NCBI GenBank assembly: GCA_036771895.1
Contig: DAIPGK010000001.1
Span: forward strand, 1 to 48,812
DNA from: Dermatophilaceae bacterium
GTDB lineage: Bacteria > Actinomycetota > Actinomycetes > Actinomycetales > Dermatophilaceae
DNA: 48,812 bases
Direction: 5' to 3'
The position numbers and the translations under genes are program-made. The notes under the pieces were generated by a model. It was given only the letters and a program-made list of their open reading frames with translations. It did not search any database and was not told where the DNA came from. Of the stretch, positions 26,284 through 35,519 are shown in pieces (within the stretch, counting starts at the first letter, position 1; each line of letters begins with the position of its first letter).

Positions 26284-27384
26284 TCAGCCCACTCGAACGA
26301 CCAGCGCGAGGGGATCCACGGTGGCGGACAGGGCGCGGGCCTGGCCGATGAGGTCCCCGTCGACCTGGACAGCTTCGGGGCGGTCGCAGCGGATCGTGAC
26401 CGACCTCATGCGGTGGTGGTCCACCCGTTCGTGGCCCTTCTTCTTCTGGGAGATGATGCGCCCGGCCACGGCCACCCAGCCAACGACACCGACGGGAGAG
26501 AGGATGACGGCGTCGAGCCAGCCGTCGTCGACCTGGGCCCGGGGCATGAGCACGAGCCCGCCGGTGAGGCGGCCGCAGTTGCCGATGACGACGGTGCGGG
26601 TCCGGCGGGTGAGCTCAGGCTCGTCGTCGAACTTGATCCGGACCTTGAACTGTGGGCCGCGCAGGTTCTTGGCACCGGAGATGGTGTAGGCCAGTGGGCC
26701 GACGGTCTTTTTCAGGCGCTCCGGTGCGTCAGCCATGATCGCGGCGTCGAAGCCGACGCCGGCCATGATCAGGAAGATGTACTCCTCGGGGTGCTCGTGC
26801 TCGCCGGAGTGGTCCACGGTCAGCCGGCCCACGTCGACCCGTTTGTTCTGGCCGGTCAGCGCCACCTTGAGCGCATGGTCGAGGGAGTCCACGGGCAGGT
26901 GGAGGTTGCGGGCGAGCAGGTTGCCGGTGCCGCGGGGTAGGAGGCCGAGGGGGGTCTCGGTCCCTACCAGCGCTGCCGCCACGGCGCGGACTGTCCCGTC
27001 CCCGCCCAGCGGGCAGATGAGCGTTGCTCCGTCCTTGACGGCCTGGCGGGCCTGACCGGTGCCCGGGTCCTGCGCGGTCGTCTCGATCCACAGTGGCTTG
27101 TCCCAGCCGGCGGCCAGGCAGCCCTGGGTGACCTGTTCCCGGACCGCCTCGATGTTGTCGAACTTGGTCGGGTTGACGATGATCGCGGCGACGCGCTTGG
27201 GTGCCTCGGGCTTCTGCGCCCCTTCGGGGCGGAAGTGCTCGCGTGGCGGACGGTGCCGACCGAAACGGCGGACGCCCACCGCCTGCGCAACGGTGTCGCC
27301 CGAGGCTGAGCTGATGAGCCAGGCAAGCAGCATCACGAGGGTGATCGCTGCGACGACGATCGTTCCGGGGTGGTCTGTCAACAC
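26284..27384 (-). CDS. diacylglycerol/lipid kinase family protein with N-terminal TM anchor
   Basis: GGDGTVRAV and [13 protein letters not shown] motifs. GTG start. Confidence 0.85.
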   Translation of the reverse strand: MLTDHPGTIVVAAITLVMLLAWLISSASGDTVAQAVGVRRFGRHRPPREHFRPEGAQKPEAPKRVAAIIVNPTKFDNIEAVREQVTQGCLAAGWDKPLWIETTAQDPGTGQARQAVKDGATLICPLGGDGTVRAVAAALVGTETPLGLLPRGTGNLLARNLHLPVDSLDHALKVALTGQNKRVDVGRLTVDHSGEHEHPEEYIFLIMAGVGFDAAIMADAPERLKKTVGPLAYTISGAKNLRGPQFKVRIKFDDEPELTRRTRTVVIGNCGRLTGGLVLMPRAQVDDGWLDAVILSPVGVVGWVAVAGRIISQKKKGHERVDHHRMRSVTIRCDRPEAVQVDGDLIGQARALSATVDPLALVVRVG

Positions 27385-27513
27385 GAGGCGAGATTACCGG
27401 AGGACTCCGCCCACCATTCTCACGACCTCCGCGGTCGCACGGACACGGCATACCGGTGGTGTGGTCGGCGACTGGTTCGAGGGCGGGCGGGCACCGCCGA
27501 TAGGCTCGGGTTC

Positions 27514-28794
27514 GTGATCGACATCAAGCTGCTGCGTGACCAGCCCGACGCCGTAAGGGTCTCGCAACGTGCTCGTGGTGAGGACGAGGGGATTGTCGAC
27601 GCGATCCTGACCGCGGACGAACGACGCCGTTCGTCCATCGCCGAGTTCGAGGCGCTGCGGGCCGAGCAGAAGTCGTTCGGCAAGCAGGTAGCCGCGGCCA
27701 AGGGCGAGCAGAAGGCGGCGCTTGTGTCAGCGGCAAAGGCCACCTCTGACCGGGTCAAGGAGCTGCAGGCCGCCGCCACCGCCGCTGACGCCGAGCTCGC
27801 GACGTTGGTCCGGCGCGTCCCCAACATCGTCATCGAGGGCATTCCCAGCGGTGGCGAGGACGACTACACGGTCCTGGAGACTGTGGGGACTGCACGGGAT
27901 TTCGCGGCCGAAGGATTCGAGCCCAAGGACCATCTCGAGCTCGCCGAGGGCCTGGACGCCCTCGACATGGAGCGCGGCGCCAAGGTCGGCGGATCGCGCT
28001 TCTACTTCCTCAAGGGCGTCGGTGCCCTCCTTGAGCTGGCCCTGCTCAACATGGCGATCGCCCAGGCGGTCGAGGCCGGATTCACCCCGATGATCACCCC
28101 GACGCTGGTCAAGGCCGACGTCATGGCCGGCGCGGGCTTCCTGGACGCCCACGCCGACGAGGTCTATCGCCTCGAGGCCGACGACCTCTATCTCACCGGG
28201 ACCTCGGAGGTCGCGCTCGCTGGCTACCACGCCGACGAGATCCTGGACCTTTCGAGCGGTCCCAAGCGGTATGCCGGCTGGTCGGCCTGCTATCGGCGCG
28301 AGGCCGGGTCCTATGGCAAGGACACCCGCGGCATCATCCGGGTGCACCAGTTCCAGAAGGTCGAGATGTTCAGCTACTGCCGCCCGGAGGACGCAGCGGC
28401 TGAGCATCAACGGCTGCTCGACTGGGAGCGGCAGATGTTGGCCAAGATCGAGGTGCCCTACCGCATCATTGACACCGCGGCCGGCGACCTGGGTGGACCG
28501 GCGGCGCGCAAGTTCGACTGCGAGGCGTGGGTGCCGACCCAGGGTCGCTACCGCGAGCTCACCTCGACCTCGAACTGCACGACCTACCAGGCTCGCCGGC
28601 TCAACATTCGCGAGCGCGACCCGCGGGCCGAGGGCAACGCCACGCGCCACGTCGCGACGCTCAACGGCACGCTGGGCACCACCCGCTGGATCGTGGCGAT
28701 TCTGGAGAACCACCAGCAGGCCGACGGCTCGGTGGTCGTGCCTGCTGCGCTGCGTCCCTTCCTCGGAATCGACGTCCTGACGCCGACGGCTTGA
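27514..28794 (+). CDS. serS: serine--tRNA ligase
   Basis: GTG 27514 ([12 protein letters not shown]) within ORF 27370..28794. N-terminal coiled-coil arm and class II motifs (FRREAGS..., GTSEVAL, TLNGT). Confidence 0.92.
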   Translation: MIDIKLLRDQPDAVRVSQRARGEDEGIVDAILTADERRRSSIAEFEALRAEQKSFGKQVAAAKGEQKAALVSAAKATSDRVKELQAAATAADAELATLVRRVPNIVIEGIPSGGEDDYTVLETVGTARDFAAEGFEPKDHLELAEGLDALDMERGAKVGGSRFYFLKGVGALLELALLNMAIAQAVEAGFTPMITPTLVKADVMAGAGFLDAHADEVYRLEADDLYLTGTSEVALAGYHADEILDLSSGPKRYAGWSACYRREAGSYGKDTRGIIRVHQFQKVEMFSYCRPEDAAAEHQRLLDWERQMLAKIEVPYRIIDTAAGDLGGPAARKFDCEAWVPTQGRYRELTSTSNCTTYQARRLNIRERDPRAEGNATRHVATLNGTLGTTRWIVAILENHQQADGSVVVPAALRPFLGIDVLTPTA

Positions 28795-28801
28795 GCAGGC
28801 C

Positions 28802-29608
28802 GTGACTCGCAAGATGGCAGAACGGCTGATCGCCCTCGACCTCGACGGCACGATGCTCCATCACGACGGGACGATGTCGCCGGCCGTTCGTCAGGCAGTG
28901 CGCGAGGTCGCCGAGACCGGAGCGCACGTGGTGATCGCGACCGGCCGCGCGATCGTGGCCACCATGCCGATCGTCGCGCATCTCGGGCTGGAGCATGGTT
29001 ACGCGGTCTGCTCCAACGGCGCGGTGACCCTCCGGCTGGACCCGGACGAACCCGATGGCTATCGGATCCTCGAGACCGTGACCTTCGACCCGGCGCCGGT
29101 TCTGGAGATGCTCCGCGGGTCCTGGCCCGACGCCGTTGTCGCGGTGGAGGAGATTGGCGTCGGCTTCAAGGTGAGTGCGCCGTTCCCCGACGGCGAGCTG
29201 GAGGGTGTGGTGCGCATCGTTCCCTGGGCCGACCTCTCGCGCTCGCCCGCAACCCGGGTGACCTTCCGTAGCCCGACCGGCACCGCCGCGGACTTCCTGG
29301 CGTTGGTCGAGCGGATCGGGCTGCACGGGGTGAACTACGCCGTCGGTTTCACGGCGTGGCTGGACATCAACCCTGAGGGGGTCTCGAAGGCCTCGGCCCT
29401 GGAGCTGGTCCGGCGCCGGTTGCGCGTCGAGCCTCGTGAGACCACAGCGGTGGGCGACCAGCGCAACGACATCGAGATGCTGCACTGGGCGGCACGCGGC
29501 GTCGCGATGGGTAATGCGCCTGATGAGGTCAAAGTCTTCGCCGACGAGGTCACCCTCGATGTCGACGAGGACGGCCTGGTCCTCGTCCTCAAGTCATTCC
29601 TCGCCTGA
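28802..29608 (+). CDS. Cof-type HAD-IIB family hydrolase
   Basis: LIALDLDGTML motif I and GDQRNDIEML motif IV. Confidence 0.85.
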   Translation: MTRKMAERLIALDLDGTMLHHDGTMSPAVRQAVREVAETGAHVVIATGRAIVATMPIVAHLGLEHGYAVCSNGAVTLRLDPDEPDGYRILETVTFDPAPVLEMLRGSWPDAVVAVEEIGVGFKVSAPFPDGELEGVVRIVPWADLSRSPATRVTFRSPTGTAADFLALVERIGLHGVNYAVGFTAWLDINPEGVSKASALELVRRRLRVEPRETTAVGDQRNDIEMLHWAARGVAMGNAPDEVKVFADEVTLDVDEDGLVLVLKSFLA

Positions 29609-30728
29609 GGACGCCGGTGAGGGCGTCGACGAAGCTGTCGGTGACGCCGCGGTCTCGGACGGCGACGCGCAGCCAGTTCGGCCCCAGGCCGGGGAACGTG
29701 TCGCCTCGGCGGACGGCGAATCCCCGTTCGCGCAACCCCTCGCGCACCGCAGCGCCCTGCGGAACGTGCAGCAGCACGAACGGCGCCGCCGGGGGTGCTG
29801 CCACCGGCGCCACGCCTTGCAGTCGCCGGACGAGGTGCTCGCGGTCGCCGACGGATCTCACCGCGGCGCGGTCGGCCTCGGCCACGGCGGACGGACTGCA
29901 GCACGCGACCGTGGCGGCCAACGCGAGCGAGGAGACCGACCACGGTGGCTGGACCTCTGCCAGCCGGCGCACGAGTGCTGGCTCGGCCAGTAGATAGCCT
30001 GCGCGCACTCCCGCCAGACCCCATGTCTTGGTCAGGCTGCGCAGCACGATGACCCCGGGTAGCCGCAGCGCCGCCAGTGACTCCGGCTCGCCAGGGACGG
30101 TGTCCATGAACGCCTCGTCGACGACCAGTACACGCCCCGGACGAACCAGCCGGCGCAGGGTGGCCAGCGGATGCAGGACCGACGTCGGGTTGGTGGGGTT
30201 GCCCACCACCACGAGGTCCGCATCCTGCGGAACCCGAGCCGGGTCCAGCGCGTACCCGTCCTGCGGGCCGAGCAGCAACCGGTCCACCCGGTGGCCGGCA
30301 ACAGCTAGAGCGACCTCAGGCTCGGTGAACTGCGGGTGGACGACGACCGCGCGACCTACGTCGGTGCCGGGGCACAGCGCCCGCGCCACCAGCGTGAATG
30401 CCTCGGCCCCACCGGCGGTGACGAGCACCTCCTCGCGCGTCCGGCCATGCCGGTGGGCAACTGCGGTCGTCGCGGCGCCCGTGTCGGGGTAGGCCGCGAC
30501 GCCGTCCAGTGCCTCGATGAGGACGTCGCGCAGCCAGACCGGCGGTGCGGGACGGCGCACGTTTACGGTGAGGTCGACCAGGCCGGGCCCGACCTCCCGG
30601 TCGCCATGGTGGCGCAGGTCGTGGTGGTCCGGGTCGTGGTGGTCCGGGTCGTGGTGGTCCGGGTCGTGGTGGCGCAGGTCGCGGTTGCGCAGGTCCACCG
30701 GGACGTCGCCCTCCTTAGCTATGAGCAT
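29589..30728 (-). CDS. cobC: threonine-phosphate decarboxylase / CobC-type PLP aminotransferase-fold enzyme
   Basis: ORF 29589..30824 trimmed to ATG 30728. HHGDREV...DLTVNV start region, NPTNPT and SLTKTWGLAGVRAGY (PLP lysine) motifs. Confidence 0.8.
   Translation of the reverse strand: MLIAKEGDVPVDLRNRDLRHHDPDHHDPDHHDPDHHDLRHHGDREVGPGLVDLTVNVRRPAPPVWLRDVLIEALDGVAAYPDTGAATTAVAHRHGRTREEVLVTAGGAEAFTLVARALCPGTDVGRAVVVHPQFTEPEVALAVAGHRVDRLLLGPQDGYALDPARVPQDADLVVVGNPTNPTSVLHPLATLRRLVRPGRVLVVDEAFMDTVPGEPESLAALRLPGVIVLRSLTKTWGLAGVRAGYLLAEPALVRRLAEVQPPWSVSSLALAATVACCSPSAVAEADRAAVRSVGDREHLVRRLQGVAPVAAPPAAPFVLLHVPQGAAVREGLRERGFAVRRGDTFPGLGPNWLRVAVRDRGVTDSFVDALTGVLRRGMT
30606..30695. repeat. 15-bp tandem repeat, 6 copies (GTGGTGGTCCGGGTC)
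   Basis: Units at 30606, 30621, 30636, 30651, 30666 and 30681. Encodes DLRHH/DPDHH pentapeptides in the CobC N-terminus. Confidence 0.95.
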
Positions 30729-31812
30729 CGGTGTGAGGGTGGCCGTTCGCATGGCCTCCGTTCGCATGGCGTCCGTTCGCGAGGCCGTTCGCGAGGCCGT
30801 TCGAGTGGCCGTGCGAGTTCGCATGGCCGTGCCCGTGCGCCGGGTCGTCCGGGTGGTGGTGCGGGGTCTGCGGCACCCCGACCTTGCCCTCGAAGCCGGG
30901 CATGGCGGCCCGGTAGACGCAGGTGTCGCAGTTCATCCGCAGGTCAACGCCCAGGGCCTCGCGGTAGCGCTCGACGACGAGGTCGGCGAGGCCGTCGCAG
31001 TCACCGAGGACGTCGGCGACCCGGACGTCGGTCTCCGGGTGCTGCTTCGCCCACTCGCTGCTCTGCTCGACGACCCGTTCTGGCAGCACGCCGCGGAACA
31101 GGAAGTAGGGAACCACGACGACTCGACGTGCTCCCAGCAGGGCGGCTCGATCGAGAGCGGCCGGCACACCGGGGCGCGCCAGGGAGATGAACGAGGTCTC
31201 GACCCCGTCATAGCCACGGCCCTCCCACAGCAGTCGGGCGAGCTTGGCGACCTCGGCATTGGCGTCGGGGTCGGTGGAGCCCCGGCCGACCAGGACGACG
31301 GTTGTCCCGTCACGGGGTGCGCCGGCCAGGGCTGTATCGATGCGCTCGGCGAGCAGCTCCAGCAGGATCGGGTGCGGGCCAAGGGGACGCCCGTAGGCGT
31401 AGCTCAGGCCCGGATGACGCTCCAGCTCGCGGGCCATCGCGCCGGGGATATCGCCCTTGGCGTGGCCGGCAGCCACGAGCATGAGCGGAACTGCAGCAAG
31501 CCGCCGGTACCCCGTCTGCCATAGCGACTCAACCACCTCGGTCAGCGGTGGTGCGGACAGCTCGATGAACCCGCCTCGAGCCACGGGTTGCTTGTCGGGG
31601 GGCCCACCGGGCTGCCCACTGGTCTGCCCACTGGTCTGCCCACTGAGCTGACCACTTGTCTGCCCACTGAGCTGACCACTGGGCTGGCCACTGGTCTGCC
31701 CAGAGTCGGCCAGGCGGCGGCCGGCCCGTTCCACGAGAGCCAGGAAGTCGGCCACGCCACCGGCGTGCTCGGTGCCGTGGCCCACCACGAGCAAGGGCGG
31801 GTGTGCGGTCAT
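30715..31812 (-). CDS. cbiX: sirohydrochlorin cobaltochelatase, long form (CbiX-L) with MxCxxC motif and His-rich tail
   Basis: Two CbiX halves (LLVVGHGTE..., VVLVGRGSTDPDAN), then MNCDTCVYR and the tail HHHPDDPAHGHGHANSHGHSNG...HANGHPHTDAHS. Confidence 0.85.
   Translation of the reverse strand: MTAHPPLLVVGHGTEHAGGVADFLALVERAGRRLADSGQTSGQPSGQLSGQTSGQLSGQTSGQTSGQPGGPPDKQPVARGGFIELSAPPLTEVVESLWQTGYRRLAAVPLMLVAAGHAKGDIPGAMARELERHPGLSYAYGRPLGPHPILLELLAERIDTALAGAPRDGTTVVLVGRGSTDPDANAEVAKLARLLWEGRGYDGVETSFISLARPGVPAALDRAALLGARRVVVVPYFLFRGVLPERVVEQSSEWAKQHPETDVRVADVLGDCDGLADLVVERYREALGVDLRMNCDTCVYRAAMPGFEGKVGVPQTPHHHPDDPAHGHGHANSHGHSNGLANGLANGRHANGGHANGHPHTDAHS
31610..31705. repeat. 12-bp tandem repeat, 8 copies (GTCTGCCCACTG)
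   Basis: Units every 12 bp from 31610. Encodes SGQ(T/P/L) x8, inserted in the first CbiX half. Confidence 0.95.
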
Positions 31813-32447
31813 GAGTGGTCCTCTCGCGAATCCTTCGGCGCACCGGCGGGTGCGACGTCCTCGGCGTACAGAAGAGCGTTGACTGCGGCGGCGGCCACGG
31901 CCGTACCGCCCTTCTCGCTGCGGTTGGACAGAGCGGGCAGGCCGGCCTCGCGCAGGGCCCGCTTGCTCTCGGCGGCACCGACGAAGCCCACCGGCAGGCC
32001 GATGACCAGTGCGGGTCGCGCCCGCCCGGACAGCTCGAGCAGCTCAAAAAGTGCGGTGGGCGCATTGCCGACCACCCACACCGCCCCGGGACCGACCTGT
32101 TCGACCGCCAGCCTGATGGCCGCTGCCGACCGGGTCAAACCGGCGTCCAGCGCCAGAATGGCCGTGCGGGGGTCGCGCACCAGGCAGACGCTGTCGCGGG
32201 TGGTGACTCCGGCCCGGACCATCTGGGCGTCGACCACCAAGGGGGCGCCCGACGCGAGCGCCCGGCGGCCGGCGGCCAGGGCCGGCTCGTCGCAGACCAG
32301 GTCGTCGACGTAGTCCAGGTCCGCGCTCGCGTGGACGACCCGTTCGAGCACGGCGCGAGTCAGCGGCGGCAGGTGACTGGTGTCGACCCGTCGGCGCAGG
32401 ATCTCGTAGGACTCCCGCTCGATGGGGTGGATGCTGCGGCGGCTCAT
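31809..32447 (-). CDS. cobH: precorrin-8X / cobalt-precorrin-8 methylmutase
   Basis: ATG 32447 (MSRRSIHPIERESYEIL). VVGNAPTAL and IGLPVGFVGAAESK motifs. ATGA overlaps at both ends. Confidence 0.9.
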   Translation of the reverse strand: MSRRSIHPIERESYEILRRRVDTSHLPPLTRAVLERVVHASADLDYVDDLVCDEPALAAGRRALASGAPLVVDAQMVRAGVTTRDSVCLVRDPRTAILALDAGLTRSAAAIRLAVEQVGPGAVWVVGNAPTALFELLELSGRARPALVIGLPVGFVGAAESKRALREAGLPALSNRSEKGGTAVAAAAVNALLYAEDVAPAGAPKDSREDHS

Positions 32448-33529
32448 CGGGCCCCGCCGTACCGTGCGTCGTAACCGCGCAGCCGCCACCACAGCAGGGC
32501 CCCGCCCCAGGTGACCACGAAGATCCCGGCGATGCCGTAGCCGAAGAGCTCGAAGTGATCGGCGAGGCCGGCGTAGCCGGACAGGAAGCCCAGACCGGCG
32601 TAGGTGACCAGGACGTCGGCAAGGTACACCGAGGCGATGAAGGCTGCGACCGCGACTGTCACCGTCGTCGTGGCGATGTTGTAGAAGAGCGTGCGGGCCG
32701 GGTTGCGGTAGGCCCACGAGTACGCGCGGGTCATCAGCAGCGAGTCGGCGGTGTCGAAGGCACTCATGCCGGCTGCGAACAGCAGGGGCAGTGACAGCAC
32801 GGCATACAGGGGCAGGCGGCCGGCCACGGCGGTCGAGGCGCTCAGCGAAAGGAGGGTGATCTCGCTGGCCGTCTCCAGGCCCAGTCCCATGAGCACGCCG
32901 ACCGGGTACATGTGCCAGGAGGAGCGGATCAGGCCCCTCGCGCGTCCACCCAGCAGCCGGTTGAGCAGGCCCCGGTCGAGCAGGGTGCGTTCAAGTGCTA
33001 CGTCGTCCATCCGCCCTGCCCGCAGCCCTCGCCAGAGACCGATGATGTTGCGCAGCACGACCGCGTTCAGGTAGGCGACCAGCAGCAGGAAGGTCATGGC
33101 GACCAGCACCGCCACGGTGCCCATGCTCGCGCGCAGCCCGTCCGAGACGCTCGTGGCGGCGTAGGCCACCAGCAGCGCCAGCGCCAGGACCACCGTGGAG
33201 TGCCCCATGGCGAAGAAGAAGCCCACGCCCACCGGGCGACGTCCGCGCAGCAGCATCAGCCGGGTCGTGTCGTCGATGGCCGCGATGTGGTCGGCGTCGA
33301 AGGCGTGGCGCATGCCGAGCGCATACGCCAGCGTGCCGGCGCCGGCCAGACCTCCCGCGGCGGTCACGTTGCCGCGAGCGTGCAGGTACAGCGCGATTCC
33401 CATGAGGTGCAACAGCGCGACCACGCCCAGGATCGCGGACAGCCGCATCCGCTCGGTGCGGGTCCACCGGCCGACGGCCAGCGCCTGTGGGGTGAGTGCC
33501 TGAGAGGTCAGCGATGTCAGTTGTGTCAC
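32444..33529 (-). CDS. NiCoT (HoxN/HupN/NixA) family nickel/cobalt transporter
   Basis: GTG 33529 overlaps the ferredoxin stop (GTGA). Signature HAFDADHIAAIDDTTR and GHSTVV. Confidence 0.85.
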   Translation of the reverse strand: MTQLTSLTSQALTPQALAVGRWTRTERMRLSAILGVVALLHLMGIALYLHARGNVTAAGGLAGAGTLAYALGMRHAFDADHIAAIDDTTRLMLLRGRRPVGVGFFFAMGHSTVVLALALLVAYAATSVSDGLRASMGTVAVLVAMTFLLLVAYLNAVVLRNIIGLWRGLRAGRMDDVALERTLLDRGLLNRLLGGRARGLIRSSWHMYPVGVLMGLGLETASEITLLSLSASTAVAGRLPLYAVLSLPLLFAAGMSAFDTADSLLMTRAYSWAYRNPARTLFYNIATTTVTVAVAAFIASVYLADVLVTYAGLGFLSGYAGLADHFELFGYGIAGIFVVTWGGALLWWRLRGYDARYGGAR

Positions 33530-33810
33530 CGAGGTCCTCCGCTTGGGGTGAAGGTGATGGAGGTGAAGGCGATAGAGGTGAAGGTGATGGCATCGACGGG
33601 GCAGACCTCGACGCAGTGCCCGCAGCCGGTGCAACGCTCGGCCAGCACGACCAACGTCGCCGGGCCCGACTCGCGAGCGACCGGGCGTATCGCGTGCTCG
33701 GGGCAGGTCAGCAGGCAGGCGCCGCAGCCTTGACACCCCTGCACCTCGACCGCAGCACTGCCTGCAGCTACGCCGCGTGCAGTCACCGTCATTCGTGCAG
33801 TCACCGTCAT
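33526..33810 (-). CDS. 2[4Fe-4S] ferredoxin-like small protein
   Basis: CQGCGACLLTCP and CTGCGHCVEVCP motifs. ATG 33810 overlaps the upstream stop (ATGA). 94 aa. Confidence 0.75.
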   Translation of the reverse strand: MTVTARMTVTARGVAAGSAAVEVQGCQGCGACLLTCPEHAIRPVARESGPATLVVLAERCTGCGHCVEVCPVDAITFTSIAFTSITFTPSGGPR

Positions 33811-35519
33811 TGCAGCCACCGGTAGCCCCTTGGGGTGACCAAGCGGCCATCGACCACCCGGCTCTGCGAGCACCCGACGATGACCACGCTGTACATGTCC
33901 ACGTCGTCCGGGTCCAGGTCCGCCAGCGTGGTCAGGGTGACGCTCTCATCGGGGCGGGAGGCGTTGCGCACCACGCCGACCGGCACGGACGGTGGCCGGT
34001 GCTCGGCCAGGATCGCCAAAGCTTTGGGCAGCTGGTCGGTACGGCGCCTGCTGCGGGGGTTGTACAGACAGGCGACCAGGTCACCCTCGGCCACTGCCCG
34101 CAGGCGTTGCTCGATCGCCGGCCAGGGGGTGTGCAGGTCGGACAGAGAGACGTACGCATGGTCGTTGCCGAGCGCAGCACCCAGTGAAGCGCTGGCGGCG
34201 AGTGCGGCCGTCACCCCGGGCACGCCGACGACGTCGATCCGCGGGGCTCCTGCCGCCAGCGCCTGCTCGAGAGCCTCGAACGTCGGACTGGCCATCGCGT
34301 AGACGCCCGCATCGCCGGAGCCGATGATCGCGACGGCACGGCCCGCCTGCGCCTGCTGTACGGCGCTCCGGGCACGCTCCTCCTCCGAGCCCAGCCCGGT
34401 CTCGAGCACGTGGGTGCCGGGGCGCAGCAGGTCGCGCACCTGTTCGACGTACTGGTCCAGGCCCACCACGACCGAGGCGCGACGCAGCTCGGCGACGGCG
34501 CGCGGCACCATCAGGTCGCGCGCCCCCGGTCCGATGCCGACGACGGCCAGCCGACCGACTGGGGCACGTTGACCGACGGCGAGGGTGGCCACCGCGTTCT
34601 TGCGCTTGGTCACCACAAGCTCCGCCCCGGCTTGTCGCACGCTGGCCTCGGCGACGCTGGCGGTGCCGGTCTCGGCGCGGACGACCTCGCTGGGGGTGGG
34701 AACCTCATGGGTGGCCAGGGCAGCCGCGGGGAAGGTCCGGTAGGGGACAGCGAACCTGGCGGCCAGCGCCACGATGCCCGGTTCGTCGGCCTTGAGGTCG
34801 ATGCTCACGACCTCGGCCACGCTGGCCTGGCTCAGACCGTTCTCGCGCAACGTCTTTGCGACCAGCACGGCGATCGTGGCCGGGTCGGCGCCCCGGCTGG
34901 CTCCGACCCCCAGCACCAGGCTCGGCGGCCGAAGCACCGCGTGCCCGGCCGGCAGCGCGATCTCGCGGTCGGTCACGTGCAACACCGCCACGGCGGCCGG
35001 GTGGTGCCCGACCTGGCCGGCGTGCAGGCCGAGAGGTGGCAGCGGCCAGGTCGCGTCGGCCAGCAGGTGCACCGGCTCGCCATCCAACAGCGCCCGGGCC
35101 ACACCGGCCTGGTCGCCCTCGACCGGCCAGCCGAGCATGTCGAGGCCGGGCAGCACCACGGCGTCACTGGCGGTCGTGACGACCGGCGCTGCGCCGAGGA
35201 CGTCGGCGACGAGCAGCGCGAGTGCGTTGGCGCCGCCCTGATGGCCACCGACCAGAGCGATGGCGTGGCGCCCCGCCTCGTCGACGCAGACGACCCCGGG
35301 GTCGCGGGCCTTGTCGTCGAGCATTCCGGCAACCAGCCGGACCGTCGCCCCCGTCGCCAGAAACGCCACGATTCCGTCGCACTCGCCCCAGGCCCGGAGC
35401 AGGGCGCCTGCCGCCGGGCCGTCGTACACGGCGACCTGCTCGCCCCGGAGGCGCAGCGCCGTCGCCACCCGGGCGGCGGCACCTCGTCCAGCCGCTGTCA
35501 CGGCTACAAGACCGATCAC
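33807..35519 (-). CDS. cbiG-cobJ: fused cobalt-precorrin-5A hydrolase (CbiG) / precorrin-3B C17-methyltransferase (CbiH/CobJ)
   Basis: GTG 35519 overlaps the cobL stop (GTGA). CbiG N- and C-domains are followed by GRLAVVGIGPGARDLM...IGSGDAGVYAM, a tetrapyrrole methylase. Confidence 0.88.
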   Translation of the reverse strand: MIGLVAVTAAGRGAAARVATALRLRGEQVAVYDGPAAGALLRAWGECDGIVAFLATGATVRLVAGMLDDKARDPGVVCVDEAGRHAIALVGGHQGGANALALLVADVLGAAPVVTTASDAVVLPGLDMLGWPVEGDQAGVARALLDGEPVHLLADATWPLPPLGLHAGQVGHHPAAVAVLHVTDREIALPAGHAVLRPPSLVLGVGASRGADPATIAVLVAKTLRENGLSQASVAEVVSIDLKADEPGIVALAARFAVPYRTFPAAALATHEVPTPSEVVRAETGTASVAEASVRQAGAELVVTKRKNAVATLAVGQRAPVGRLAVVGIGPGARDLMVPRAVAELRRASVVVGLDQYVEQVRDLLRPGTHVLETGLGSEEERARSAVQQAQAGRAVAIIGSGDAGVYAMASPTFEALEQALAAGAPRIDVVGVPGVTAALAASASLGAALGNDHAYVSLSDLHTPWPAIEQRLRAVAEGDLVACLYNPRSRRRTDQLPKALAILAEHRPPSVPVGVVRNASRPDESVTLTTLADLDPDDVDMYSVVIVGCSQSRVVDGRLVTPRGYRWLQ

